From: Candidatus Zixiibacteriota bacterium
GTDB lineage: Bacteria; Zixibacteria; MSB-5A5; GN15; FEB-12
Assembly (NCBI GenBank): GCA_036826635.1
Contig: DAISVY010000008.1
Coordinates: 64,292 to 128,291 of the forward strand
DNA: 64,000 bases
Direction of reading: 5' to 3'
Positions within the stretch are counted from its first letter, which is position 1, and each line of letters starts with the position of its first letter. The position numbers were made by a program, and so were the translations under genes. Below the pieces are notes generated by a model. The model did no database searches. It was not told the origin of the DNA and saw only the letters and a list, made by a program, of their open reading frames with translations. Shown here one piece after another: positions 17,316-25,803 of this stretch.

Positions 17316-18686
17316 TTAATTCGTTTCCTGGGTCTGATATTCGGCGAGTTTATTACGAATAGTTCTGGCTGAGACCCCCAGGGCCTCGGCGGCTTTGGTC
17401 TTATTGCCGTTGAATTTCTCCAGAGTCTTGAGAATAAGGTACTTATTGCCGTCTTCCAGCTTCATTGGCACATGCAAACCGCCTTCCGGCGCGGCCGTTT
17501 CACCGATGGCCAACTCAACCGGAAAATCGTTTTCGGTCAGCCTGTCTTCCCTGGTAGTGACAACCGCCCGTTCGATCATATTCTCCAGTTCCCGCACGTT
17601 GCCCGGCCAGTGGTACTTCATCAGCATACGGAGAGCCTGCTGGCTGATACCAGTGATGTCTTTGCTGTTTTCACCGTTGTATTTCCGGATAAAGTGATCC
17701 ACCAACAGCGGGATATCTTCGCGCCGTTCTCTCAAGGCCGGCAAATGAATAGGAATGACATTGAGGCGATAGAAAAGGTCCTCACGGAACCGACCGGCCA
17801 GGATGTACTCTTTGAGATTGCGGTTGGAAGTTGCAATAACCCGAACATCAACCGATATCGTCTGGGATGACCCGACTCTTTCGAACTCACGTTCCTGAAT
17901 AACACGCAGGAGTTTCGACTGCAAATTCAGCGGCATCTCAGATATTTCATCAAGCAAAAGCGTACCTTCATGAGCCAGCTCGAAACGGCCCCGATGTGTT
18001 CTCTTGGCATCGGTAAAGGCACCCTTCTCATAACCGAACAGTTCGGCCTCCACCAACGTTTCAGGAAGAGCCGCGCAGTTGAGCTTGATAAAAGGACCTT
18101 CCCGCCGATTCGAACAATAATGAATGGCCCGGGCCACCATTTCTTTGCCGGAGCCCGAATCGCCCGTTATCATCACCGTAGAACGAGCCGCCGCCACCGA
18201 CTGGATGAGATCGAAAATCCCCTTCATGATGCTCGTTTTGCCTATCATGTTCTGGAATTTGTGTGCCAGGTCATTGCGCATGATCTCATTCTGGGTACGG
18301 AGATCGATCATTTCGGTAATACGGGAAAGAACGTGTTCGACCGTTTCCGGGGTGACCGGTTTCAGCAGAAAATCGTGAGCCCCCTTCTTGATAGCGCTGA
18401 CCGCTTTTTCCACCGTACCGTATGCGGTCATGATAACGACTATCGTTTCCGGGCTAATCCGCTTAATATGTTCCAACAGGGTCAGACCGTCCATTTCATG
18501 CATTTTCAGATCGGTCAGGACAATATCAAAACTCCTGGCTTTGATTTTCTCCAGGGCTTCTTCACCGGAATATACAGCGGCCGCATCGAAACCGGCTCGG
18601 GTCACCGTTTCGAGCACGTAGTCATTCACATACCTGTCATCATCCACCACCAGAACCGAGTAGTTCATCGTCAGATCTCCATCCAT
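17316..18686 (-). CDS. sigma-54-dependent response regulator (REC-AAA+-Fis HTH; FlrC/FleR-like by context)
   Basis: REC (VLVVDDD...TDLKMHEMDG), AAA+ Walker A GDSGSGKE, GAFTDA loop, C-terminal HTH GNKTKAAEALGVSARTIRNKL. The start may be the ATG at 18668. Confidence 0.88.
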   Translation of the reverse strand: MDGDLTMNYSVLVVDDDRYVNDYVLETVTRAGFDAAAVYSGEEALEKIKARSFDIVLTDLKMHEMDGLTLLEHIKRISPETIVVIMTAYGTVEKAVSAIKKGAHDFLLKPVTPETVEHVLSRITEMIDLRTQNEIMRNDLAHKFQNMIGKTSIMKGIFDLIQSVAAARSTVMITGDSGSGKEMVARAIHYCSNRREGPFIKLNCAALPETLVEAELFGYEKGAFTDAKRTHRGRFELAHEGTLLLDEISEMPLNLQSKLLRVIQEREFERVGSSQTISVDVRVIATSNRNLKEYILAGRFREDLFYRLNVIPIHLPALRERREDIPLLVDHFIRKYNGENSKDITGISQQALRMLMKYHWPGNVRELENMIERAVVTTREDRLTENDFPVELAIGETAAPEGGLHVPMKLEDGNKYLILKTLEKFNGNKTKAAEALGVSARTIRNKLAEYQTQETN

Positions 18687-18696
18687 GCTCCGGTCA

Positions 18697-20031
18697 TTAA
18701 CTCGTCTCTATCGATGATCGCATATTCGTCGGCAAAGCGAGGGTGAACCGGGCACCATCGGACCGGTTCTCCGCGGCAATATCGCCACCGTGCGCTTTCA
18801 TAATTTTCCATCCCACGGCCAGCCCCAGACCGTTCCCCCCTTCCTTGGTAGTGAAAAAGGGAGCGAACAGCTTTTCCAGCACGTCATCAGGAATACCCGG
18901 CCCGGTATCGGTGATCACGATCTGAAAAGCCGTCTCGTGCAGTCCCAGGAGAAGCCGGTCGCCGTATTGCTCGGCCGCCACCTGACGAGGCAGTTTTCGA
19001 TATTCTATCGTCACCCGGCCGCGCCCCCGGCAAGCCTCGCACGAGTTGGTCATAACGTTGAACAGCACCTCTCTAAAAAGCACGGGATCAATGAACACCT
19101 CAATATCCTCACGCTGGGGAGGTGTCTCCCGAAGAATCAGTTCCATATTGCGGACCAGGTCGGCATTTTCTCTTTGGAACTGCGCCAGCACATCGGGCAG
19201 ATACCGGTCGATTCGTATCTGTTCCCGATTCACTTCTTCATTGCGGGTATAGTTCAACAGGGTAGTCACGGTGCTGTTAAGCGTCTCTACCCCATCGGTG
19301 ATTTTATTGATAAGTTTCTGTCGGGGGTCATCGGGGTCAAGATCGCGCTTAAGCAAAGAACCATAGCCGAGGATTCCCGAAAGCGGATTGCGCACCTGAT
19401 GGGCAACCGTAGCGGCCATCTCACCCAGAGCCGCAAGCGTGTTCAGCCGCGCGATTTCCTGCTCCATTTTCTTGGTTCCGGTCAGATCGTGGAAAACTTC
19501 GACCGCCCCGTTGGCTCGCCCCTGTTTGTCGCGAAGAATGGCCGTGGAAACCGACACAACCATGCGAGTACCATCGGCAAGCTCCAGCCGTTTTTCGACC
19601 GAAGCCGCTTCCCGACCGGTCTCGGCAGACCGCAAGGCGTTGGCATCTACGGGGTTGCCCGGGGGGATAACGTCCCGATAAGGCTTCCCCAACGGTTCAC
19701 TCTGGGGTATACCGAGCATTATTGATGCGGCCGGGTTGAAATGGGTGATCTGTCCGTCCTGATTCACGGCGACCACCCCGGCCGATATGGAGTTAAGAAT
19801 ACTATTGAGGAACTCGGTCGCTTCCAAATTGCGCGTGGTCATTTCCATGAGTTGTCGATTGGTCTCAGCCAACCGGTCGTTTTGGGCCGAGAATTCCTCT
19901 TTCAACTCGATATACTTGCGCTGAAGGGTATTAATTATCCGATTGAAGGAAGCGTACGAGTCGGCGAACTGGGAAAGATCGTCTATCGACTCAACGCCGC
20001 AATTACCTGCCATATCCCGCTTGTCAACCAT
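18697..20031 (-). CDS. cytoplasmic PAS-domain sensor histidine kinase (FlrB/FleS-like by context)
   Basis: No TM segment; PAS (ISAGVVAVNQDGQITHFNPAA), H-box AATVAHQVRNPLSGI, HATPase N/G boxes (DTGPGIP, GNGLGLA). Confidence 0.85.
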   Translation of the reverse strand: MVDKRDMAGNCGVESIDDLSQFADSYASFNRIINTLQRKYIELKEEFSAQNDRLAETNRQLMEMTTRNLEATEFLNSILNSISAGVVAVNQDGQITHFNPAASIMLGIPQSEPLGKPYRDVIPPGNPVDANALRSAETGREAASVEKRLELADGTRMVVSVSTAILRDKQGRANGAVEVFHDLTGTKKMEQEIARLNTLAALGEMAATVAHQVRNPLSGILGYGSLLKRDLDPDDPRQKLINKITDGVETLNSTVTTLLNYTRNEEVNREQIRIDRYLPDVLAQFQRENADLVRNMELILRETPPQREDIEVFIDPVLFREVLFNVMTNSCEACRGRGRVTIEYRKLPRQVAAEQYGDRLLLGLHETAFQIVITDTGPGIPDDVLEKLFAPFFTTKEGGNGLGLAVGWKIMKAHGGDIAAENRSDGARFTLALPTNMRSSIETS

Positions 20032-20098
20032 TGCTATATCCCATCCTCCGAGAACAGGATATTAGAAGCAACGCTTGTTCAGTTCAACTAAAACTTGA

Positions 20099-21199
20099 CT
20101 AAAAATAGCTGGTAATCTCAGCGGCGATGTTGTCAATGGGAGCAATGTGATCGGTAATATCAGCCTCGATAACGGCCTTCGGCATACCGTAAACAATACT
20201 GGTTCCTTCATCCTGGGCAATCAGAATACCGCCGCGGCTCTTAAGTAACCTGCCCCCCACGAGCCCATTGGAACCCATACCGGTCAGAATGACCGCCATG
20301 GCTCTGTTGCCGAAAGCTTCCGCTACCGAGTTGATCATCACGTCAATGCAGGGTTTATACAGAGTATCCGCGGGCTCGTCGGTAACCTGAGCGCGAGTCC
20401 GGCCACCGTAGCGCCGAACTTTAAGGTGCTTGCCGCCCGGAGCTATCAACACCAGGCCCGGTTCGACCGGGTCACCGTTTTCCGCTTCTCTGACCGTAAC
20501 CTGCGACAGGCTGTTCAACCGTTCGGCCAGCGATTTGGTGAAAGTCGCCGGCATATGCTGCGCGATAACGATACCGACCGGAAAGTTTTTTGGCAAAGCG
20601 GAAACGACGGTCTGAAGAGCCTGCGGTCCTCCGGTGGATGCCCCTATCGCCACGATGCTGATCCCGTGATGTCTCCGGGGCGGAGATGAGATCTCGACCG
20701 GATGGGTATGAGCAGGTTTGGGAGCAGGAGGCGCCGGGGCGGTAGAAACATGCCGCACATGGTATCGGGCCATCAGGATATGTTTACGCCGAACAACATC
20801 TTTGATCTTGGCCAGCAAACCGTCTTTGATCTTGACGATGTCAAGACTGACGTATGACATCTGCTTGGGGATAAAATCGACCGCCCCCAGTTCCAGCGCC
20901 TGAAGCGTGGCGTTGGCCCCCTCCGTGGTGACCGACGAGATCATCATGACGAGAGTGGGCATGGCCGACATGATCTGGCGCAATGCCGTCAGACCGTCCA
21001 TGCGCGGCATCTCGATATCCATAGTAACCAGGTCGGGCTTGAGCTGCCTGACCTTGGCCACGCCTTCTTCGCCGTCGCGTGCCGTACCGACCACTTTTAT
21101 AGCCGGGTCCGATTCCAGCATCATGGTCAGAGCCTTGCGCATGAATGCGGAGTCGTCGACCACCAGAACTCTTATTGGCGGTGATGTTGTATCGACCAC
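20099..21199 (-). CDS. cheB: chemotaxis methylesterase/deamidase CheB
   Basis: N-terminal REC (RVLVVDDSAFMR...MDIEMPRMDG) plus a CheB esterase domain (GASTGGPQAL, GMGSNG). Confidence 0.92.
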   Translation of the reverse strand: MVDTTSPPIRVLVVDDSAFMRKALTMMLESDPAIKVVGTARDGEEGVAKVRQLKPDLVTMDIEMPRMDGLTALRQIMSAMPTLVMMISSVTTEGANATLQALELGAVDFIPKQMSYVSLDIVKIKDGLLAKIKDVVRRKHILMARYHVRHVSTAPAPPAPKPAHTHPVEISSPPRRHHGISIVAIGASTGGPQALQTVVSALPKNFPVGIVIAQHMPATFTKSLAERLNSLSQVTVREAENGDPVEPGLVLIAPGGKHLKVRRYGGRTRAQVTDEPADTLYKPCIDVMINSVAEAFGNRAMAVILTGMGSNGLVGGRLLKSRGGILIAQDEGTSIVYGMPKAVIEADITDHIAPIDNIAAEITSYF

Positions 21200-21212
21200 T
21201 GATCCGTCCCGG

Positions 21213-22946
21213 TTAACTCAGTTTTTTAGCGATACCGAACAATCCCATCAAATCGACGATCAACCGTATGCGACCGTCACCGAGTATCGCAGCGCCGGCC
21301 ACTCCTTCCGTAGCACCCAAATACCCACCGAGCGATTTGATCACAACCTCTTCCTGCCCCAGGAAACGGTCGGTGATTATACCCAGTTTGCGGTCGGCCA
21401 ACCCAACAATCACAATGTAAGGTTTCTCGGTCAGAACAAAACCCCGAGTCGAGGAACGGAGAATTTCCCCCAAGTTGACAACCGGAACCACCTCATCTCG
21501 CAGGCGCAACACGGGACGTTGATTTACATATGATATGTTGGCACCGGCGGTCCTGACCGTCTCAGAAACCGACGACAACGGCAGAATAAAAACCTCGTCA
21601 TCGGACTGAATAAGTAAACCCCGAATGATAGCCAGCGTAAGCGGCAGTTTTATCGAAATAGTGGTGCCGACATCTTTGGTCGACGCTATCTCGACCAGGC
21701 CGTTAAGTTTTTCTATATTCGTACGGACCACGTCCATACCGACACCACGTCCGGAAACATCGGTAACAACTTTCGCCGTCGAGAAACCCGGCTCGAAAAT
21801 GAATCCGAAAATATCGCGATCAGGCAAGCGCTCGACGTCGGCCCGTGAAACCAGCCCTCTCTCCACCGCTTTCTCTTTGATGGCCTCCACGTTGAGACCT
21901 TTACCGTCATCCTCGATCTTGATCACGATATGCGAACCTTCCTGACTGGCGGAAAGCCTGACGACCCCCTCGGCCGGTTTCCCTTTGGCCACCCGGTCGG
22001 CGGGAGATTCAATACCGTGGTCGCAGGAATTTCTAACAAGATGAACCAGCGGATCGCCTATCTCATCGATGACGGATTTGTCCAGTTCGGTTGTTTCACC
22101 CGAGATTTTCAGTTCAATGTTTTTTCCGTTCTCACGAGTCAAATCACGAACCAGCCGCGGGAACTTACCGAACACCTTTCCCACCGGCTGCATGCGCATT
22201 TTCATAACAGCCAATTGCAACTCGGTGGAGATATAGTTAACGGAAGCGCCTTCGCGACCGAGTCGCTCCTTGATCGCCGCTATGCTGTCGTTGTCCTCGA
22301 AAGAGTTGATCGTCTGAAGCAAGCTATTGCGAGAAAGTACCAGCTCCCCGACCAGATTCATCAAAGCATCGAGACGATTGACATCAACACGTATGGTCTG
22401 CTCGGACATTTTCCTGTCGCCCACACTCCGGACCGAATCGGCTTTCACCGGATCGGGAGCAACAACCGAGGTCTCATCTTCCCCGACAGCCGCCGACACC
22501 TCTTCCATCAGCGACGACAGGGATTCGACCGGGTCCGGCTGCTCGCCACAGACACTGGCCAAGCGGCCGATTATATCATCGAGAGCGACCTCTTCCTGAT
22601 TGCCTTTCCGAACGTTATCAAGAAGGACCTTAAGAACGTCCACCGATTCAAGCAGCAAATCCATAATATCCGGAGTCACCGCTATTTCTGATCGGCGCAG
22701 CTTATTAAGGACATCCTCCATGCTGTGGGTGAGATTGGTAACCTGTTCAAAGCCCAGAAAACAGGAAGTACCTTTAATAGTATGAGCGGCACGAAAAATT
22801 TCGTTCAGAAGATCAAGGTCTCCGGGGGAAGCTTCCAGCCTGACCAGATTCTGGTCCAGTGAAGCGATCAGTTCATCCGCTTCCACCAGGAAATCATCAA
22901 CGATCTCCTGCATCTCGTCCAATTCAAAGTCAGTGTCATTACTCAT
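21213..22946 (-). CDS. cheA: chemotaxis histidine kinase CheA (P1-P3-P4-P5; no obvious P2)
   Basis: HPt AHTIKGTS, dimerisation IRVDVNRLDALMNLVGELVL, HATPase (DDGKGL, GRGVGMDVV), C-terminal CheW-like domain. Only about 50 acidic residues lie between P1 and P3. Confidence 0.92.
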   Translation of the reverse strand: MSNDTDFELDEMQEIVDDFLVEADELIASLDQNLVRLEASPGDLDLLNEIFRAAHTIKGTSCFLGFEQVTNLTHSMEDVLNKLRRSEIAVTPDIMDLLLESVDVLKVLLDNVRKGNQEEVALDDIIGRLASVCGEQPDPVESLSSLMEEVSAAVGEDETSVVAPDPVKADSVRSVGDRKMSEQTIRVDVNRLDALMNLVGELVLSRNSLLQTINSFEDNDSIAAIKERLGREGASVNYISTELQLAVMKMRMQPVGKVFGKFPRLVRDLTRENGKNIELKISGETTELDKSVIDEIGDPLVHLVRNSCDHGIESPADRVAKGKPAEGVVRLSASQEGSHIVIKIEDDGKGLNVEAIKEKAVERGLVSRADVERLPDRDIFGFIFEPGFSTAKVVTDVSGRGVGMDVVRTNIEKLNGLVEIASTKDVGTTISIKLPLTLAIIRGLLIQSDDEVFILPLSSVSETVRTAGANISYVNQRPVLRLRDEVVPVVNLGEILRSSTRGFVLTEKPYIVIVGLADRKLGIITDRFLGQEEVVIKSLGGYLGATEGVAGAAILGDGRIRLIVDLMGLFGIAKKLS

Positions 22947-22958
22947 AATACGAAAACG

Positions 22959-23579
22959 TTACTTGTCCTTGACTTCGTTGAAAATCGTGTCGATATCCTC
23001 CTGTTTCGTCTTCTGGTTAAACAAGTCGGCATGAGGATCGTAGGCACGTTTCTTCCTGTTACCATCGCCCGGCTCGGCCACACATTCCTGATCGTCGCCG
23101 GTCCGAGAAAGAATGTTCTGTAGTTTACCTTCGATATCTTCCAGAATAGACGCGGCATGGTCCATCTGCTGAGCCGTAATATCCTGAAACTGGAGCGCAT
23201 CCATAATCAGATAGACATCGTTGAGATTGGCGTTGGCTCTTTCCGCGACAGCCTCGGCCGTTGCATTGACGGCTTCGACATCTCCGGCCAGGACTTTTTC
23301 CTTGAGTTGCGCCATATCGTTTACGATTTCTTCCTCTCGTTGCATAACATGCTCTACTTTATCGAGCATCTGCTGAGTGGCCGCCTCGGTCTGCTGGCTG
23401 ATCTTGTCGAGTTGATCGGTCGCTTGTGGCACCTGGGCACGGGATTCCACCAGCGGTCGTTTCAGGCTTCTCAAATTATCCACCAATTTGGATATGGCTT
23501 CGCTAAGACCGCTTATTTCGTGCTGTATTTTCATCTGTACGTTCTCCGTGACCGACATATTTCCCTGTCTCCCGTTCAT
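22959..23579 (-). CDS. cheZ: CheZ-like CheY-P phosphatase
   Basis: Long helical hairpin with the catalytic signature ALQFQDITAQQ (CheZ D/Q motif) and an acidic C-terminal peptide QEDIDTIFNE resembling the CheY-binding tail. It sits between cheY and cheA. Confidence 0.7.
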   Translation of the reverse strand: MNGRQGNMSVTENVQMKIQHEISGLSEAISKLVDNLRSLKRPLVESRAQVPQATDQLDKISQQTEAATQQMLDKVEHVMQREEEIVNDMAQLKEKVLAGDVEAVNATAEAVAERANANLNDVYLIMDALQFQDITAQQMDHAASILEDIEGKLQNILSRTGDDQECVAEPGDGNRKKRAYDPHADLFNQKTKQEDIDTIFNEVKDK

Positions 23580-23585
23580 GGTCTG

Positions 23586-23960
23586 CTAACCCGCCAACAC
23601 CTGATCGATTTTATCTCTTAGTGTATCGGGAGTAAACGGCTTGACGATATAATTGTTAACACCCGCCTTCATGGCCTCCATGATGTCATCCTTGACGGAG
23701 CGAGTCGTCACCATCAGAATCGGCAACGACTTATATTCGTCCATAGATCGCAGCGTAGTCACAAATGTCAGCCCGTCCATTTCCGGCATATTCCAGTCGG
23801 TAATGACGAAATCAGGTTGCTCGATTTTGATCTTGACCAGCGCGTCTTTACCGTCGCTGGCTTCGATAACATCGGTATAACCGGCCCGTTTCAAAGTATT
23901 GATAATAATCCGACGCATGGTTGGACTATCGTCAACCGCAAGGATCTTGATATTACCCAC
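23586..23960 (-). CDS. cheY: chemotaxis response regulator CheY
   Basis: 124 aa; ILAVDDSPTMRR, ITDWNMPEMDG, NNYIVKPFT. Confidence 0.9.
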   Translation of the reverse strand: MGNIKILAVDDSPTMRRIIINTLKRAGYTDVIEASDGKDALVKIKIEQPDFVITDWNMPEMDGLTFVTTLRSMDEYKSLPILMVTTRSVKDDIMEAMKAGVNNYIVKPFTPDTLRDKIDQVLAG

Positions 23961-23972
23961 AACGTCTCCTCG

Positions 23973-24380
23973 TTACCCCATGTTGCAGTTCAACAGCTTC
24001 GCCACCTCTGAGAGCAAAAGAGACGAATTGAAGGGCTTAACCAAATAAGAATCAGCCCCGGCAGCCATTCCCCTCTCGCGATCATCCTCGTCTCCTTCCG
24101 AGGACAGAATAATGATTGGTGTCTCTCGATGTACCTGGTTTTGCCTGACTGTTTCAATCAACCCGTAACCGTCAAGATTCGGCATATTCAAATCAGTAAT
24201 AATGAGCATCACTTCATCGGGTAGACTGGACATCTTCTCCAGAGCATCCATCCCATCGCAGGCTGTCATCACTTCGTATCCCCCACTCTTGAGAGAGTAC
24301 GAAACGAATTTGACCACGGTCGGAGAGTCGTCGACAACAAGAATCGTCTGGCTCATAAACTGTTCCCTATCTTCTGACAA
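23973..24380 (-). CDS. single-domain response regulator (second CheY-like)
   Basis: 135 aa; ILVVDDSPTV, ITDLNMPNLDG, DSYLVKPF. Confidence 0.85.
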   Translation of the reverse strand: MSEDREQFMSQTILVVDDSPTVVKFVSYSLKSGGYEVMTACDGMDALEKMSSLPDEVMLIITDLNMPNLDGYGLIETVRQNQVHRETPIIILSSEGDEDDRERGMAAGADSYLVKPFNSSLLLSEVAKLLNCNMG

Positions 24381-24390
24381 GCGTATTCGT

Positions 24391-25386
24391 TCACTTCTTA
24401 ACAGCCCCCCGCTTTATTTTACTGAGCAGGTCCAGAGCGCGAGTAGCTCCTTCGCCCGGGGCCACTCCGGTGGGCACGGCGGAGGCCTGTACCGTCTGAG
24501 ACTTCGCTCGCGACGAGGATTCGGCGGTCACATTCTCTTTTTGATAAACCAGGGCGTTTTTGAAATAGACGAGCTTGAACGCCTTGGAGATCCCGTGCAG
24601 CGTCTCGGAATGACCGATATATAAATAGCCACCCGGATTGAGAGCGTTGAAGAAACCTCGCACCAGTTGCTTCTTGACTTCGTCGGAGAAGTAAATCATG
24701 ACATTGCGACAGAAGATAACGTCCATGCCGCTGACCATCGAGACCTTCCGCGGTTCATTGAGGTTCATATGCGAGAACTTGACCATCGCTCTCACTTCGG
24801 GTTTAACCCGATACATGTCGCCCTGTTTTACGAAATATCTCTCCAACAACCTCGGGGGTACATTTCGCAGCGTGAGCCCAGAGTATTCACCGTACCGAGC
24901 TCTTTGCAACACATACTCGGAAATATCATTGGCTATTATTTCAACATTCCACCCGGCCATGCTTATCAGTTTTTCAAGAATCATAACGCCGAGTGTATAT
25001 GGTTCCTCCCCGGTAGAGCACCCGGCCGACCAAATCTTTATATTTTTGGGTGCGTGTTCCCGTTTTTTGCGTTCCAGTAACTGCGGCAGGACTTCGTCGG
25101 AGAAACACTTGAGCTGCGGCTCGTTTCTGAAGAAGCTCGTCTCATTGGTGGTCATGAGCACCATGAGCTGGTTGAACTCTTTCAGCGATACGTCATACTT
25201 GACACGGTAGAAGTAATCGCGCACCGATTTTATATTCAACTCGCCCATGCGCTTCTGCAGCCTGTTCTTGACCAGATACATCTTGTTCTCTGCGAAGAAG
25301 ATGCCGCTTTTTTCATGGATGAAGTCGCGGATCATGCGAAATTCATCCAGTGATATTTCGAGCTCAGACTCAAAACCGGAAATCAT
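24391..25386 (-). CDS. cheR: chemotaxis methyltransferase CheR with a C-terminal extension of about 50 aa
   Basis: TNETSFFRNEPQL, IWSAGCSTGEEPYTL and VIFCRNVMIYF motifs, followed by a low-complexity tail. Confidence 0.9.
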   Translation of the reverse strand: MISGFESELEISLDEFRMIRDFIHEKSGIFFAENKMYLVKNRLQKRMGELNIKSVRDYFYRVKYDVSLKEFNQLMVLMTTNETSFFRNEPQLKCFSDEVLPQLLERKKREHAPKNIKIWSAGCSTGEEPYTLGVMILEKLISMAGWNVEIIANDISEYVLQRARYGEYSGLTLRNVPPRLLERYFVKQGDMYRVKPEVRAMVKFSHMNLNEPRKVSMVSGMDVIFCRNVMIYFSDEVKKQLVRGFFNALNPGGYLYIGHSETLHGISKAFKLVYFKNALVYQKENVTAESSSRAKSQTVQASAVPTGVAPGEGATRALDLLSKIKRGAVKK

Positions 25387-25428
25387 ACAGCGCCCTTTTT
25401 CAGCGGTCCACTCGTTAATTCGACGAGC

Positions 25429-25803
25429 TTATTGCTCCCTGTCTTTCAACTTCGATTCCAGCAACTTGTAAAGTCGGTTGATGTTGAACGGCTTAATAAT
25501 GTAGTCCTCAACCTTGTTTCTCAAACCATTCACGGCCGTCTCGACCGACGGATATCCCGTCATGAGAACAACCGGCATATTCGGATTGGTCTCCTTTACC
25601 CGACTGGTAAGAGCCAGACCATCCATTTCCGGCATTTTGATATCAGTCAGAAGCAAGTCGATCTTCCTGGCGCGGAGAATTTCCAGCGCCTTTTCTCCGT
25701 TCTCCGCAACCGAGATATCCCATCCCTGGCCGGTGAAGAAATCATAGAGCAAATCGCGTATGAGCAACTCGTCGTCAACAACCAGTATAGACGGCCTATT
25801 CAT
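25429..25803 (-). CDS. stand-alone receiver-domain response regulator
   Basis: 124 aa; ILVVDDELLIRD, LTDIKMPEMDG, DYIIKPF. Its start overlaps the stop of the HEAT-repeat gene by 1 nt. Confidence 0.85.
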   Translation of the reverse strand: MNRPSILVVDDELLIRDLLYDFFTGQGWDISVAENGEKALEILRARKIDLLLTDIKMPEMDGLALTSRVKETNPNMPVVLMTGYPSVETAVNGLRNKVEDYIIKPFNINRLYKLLESKLKDREQ

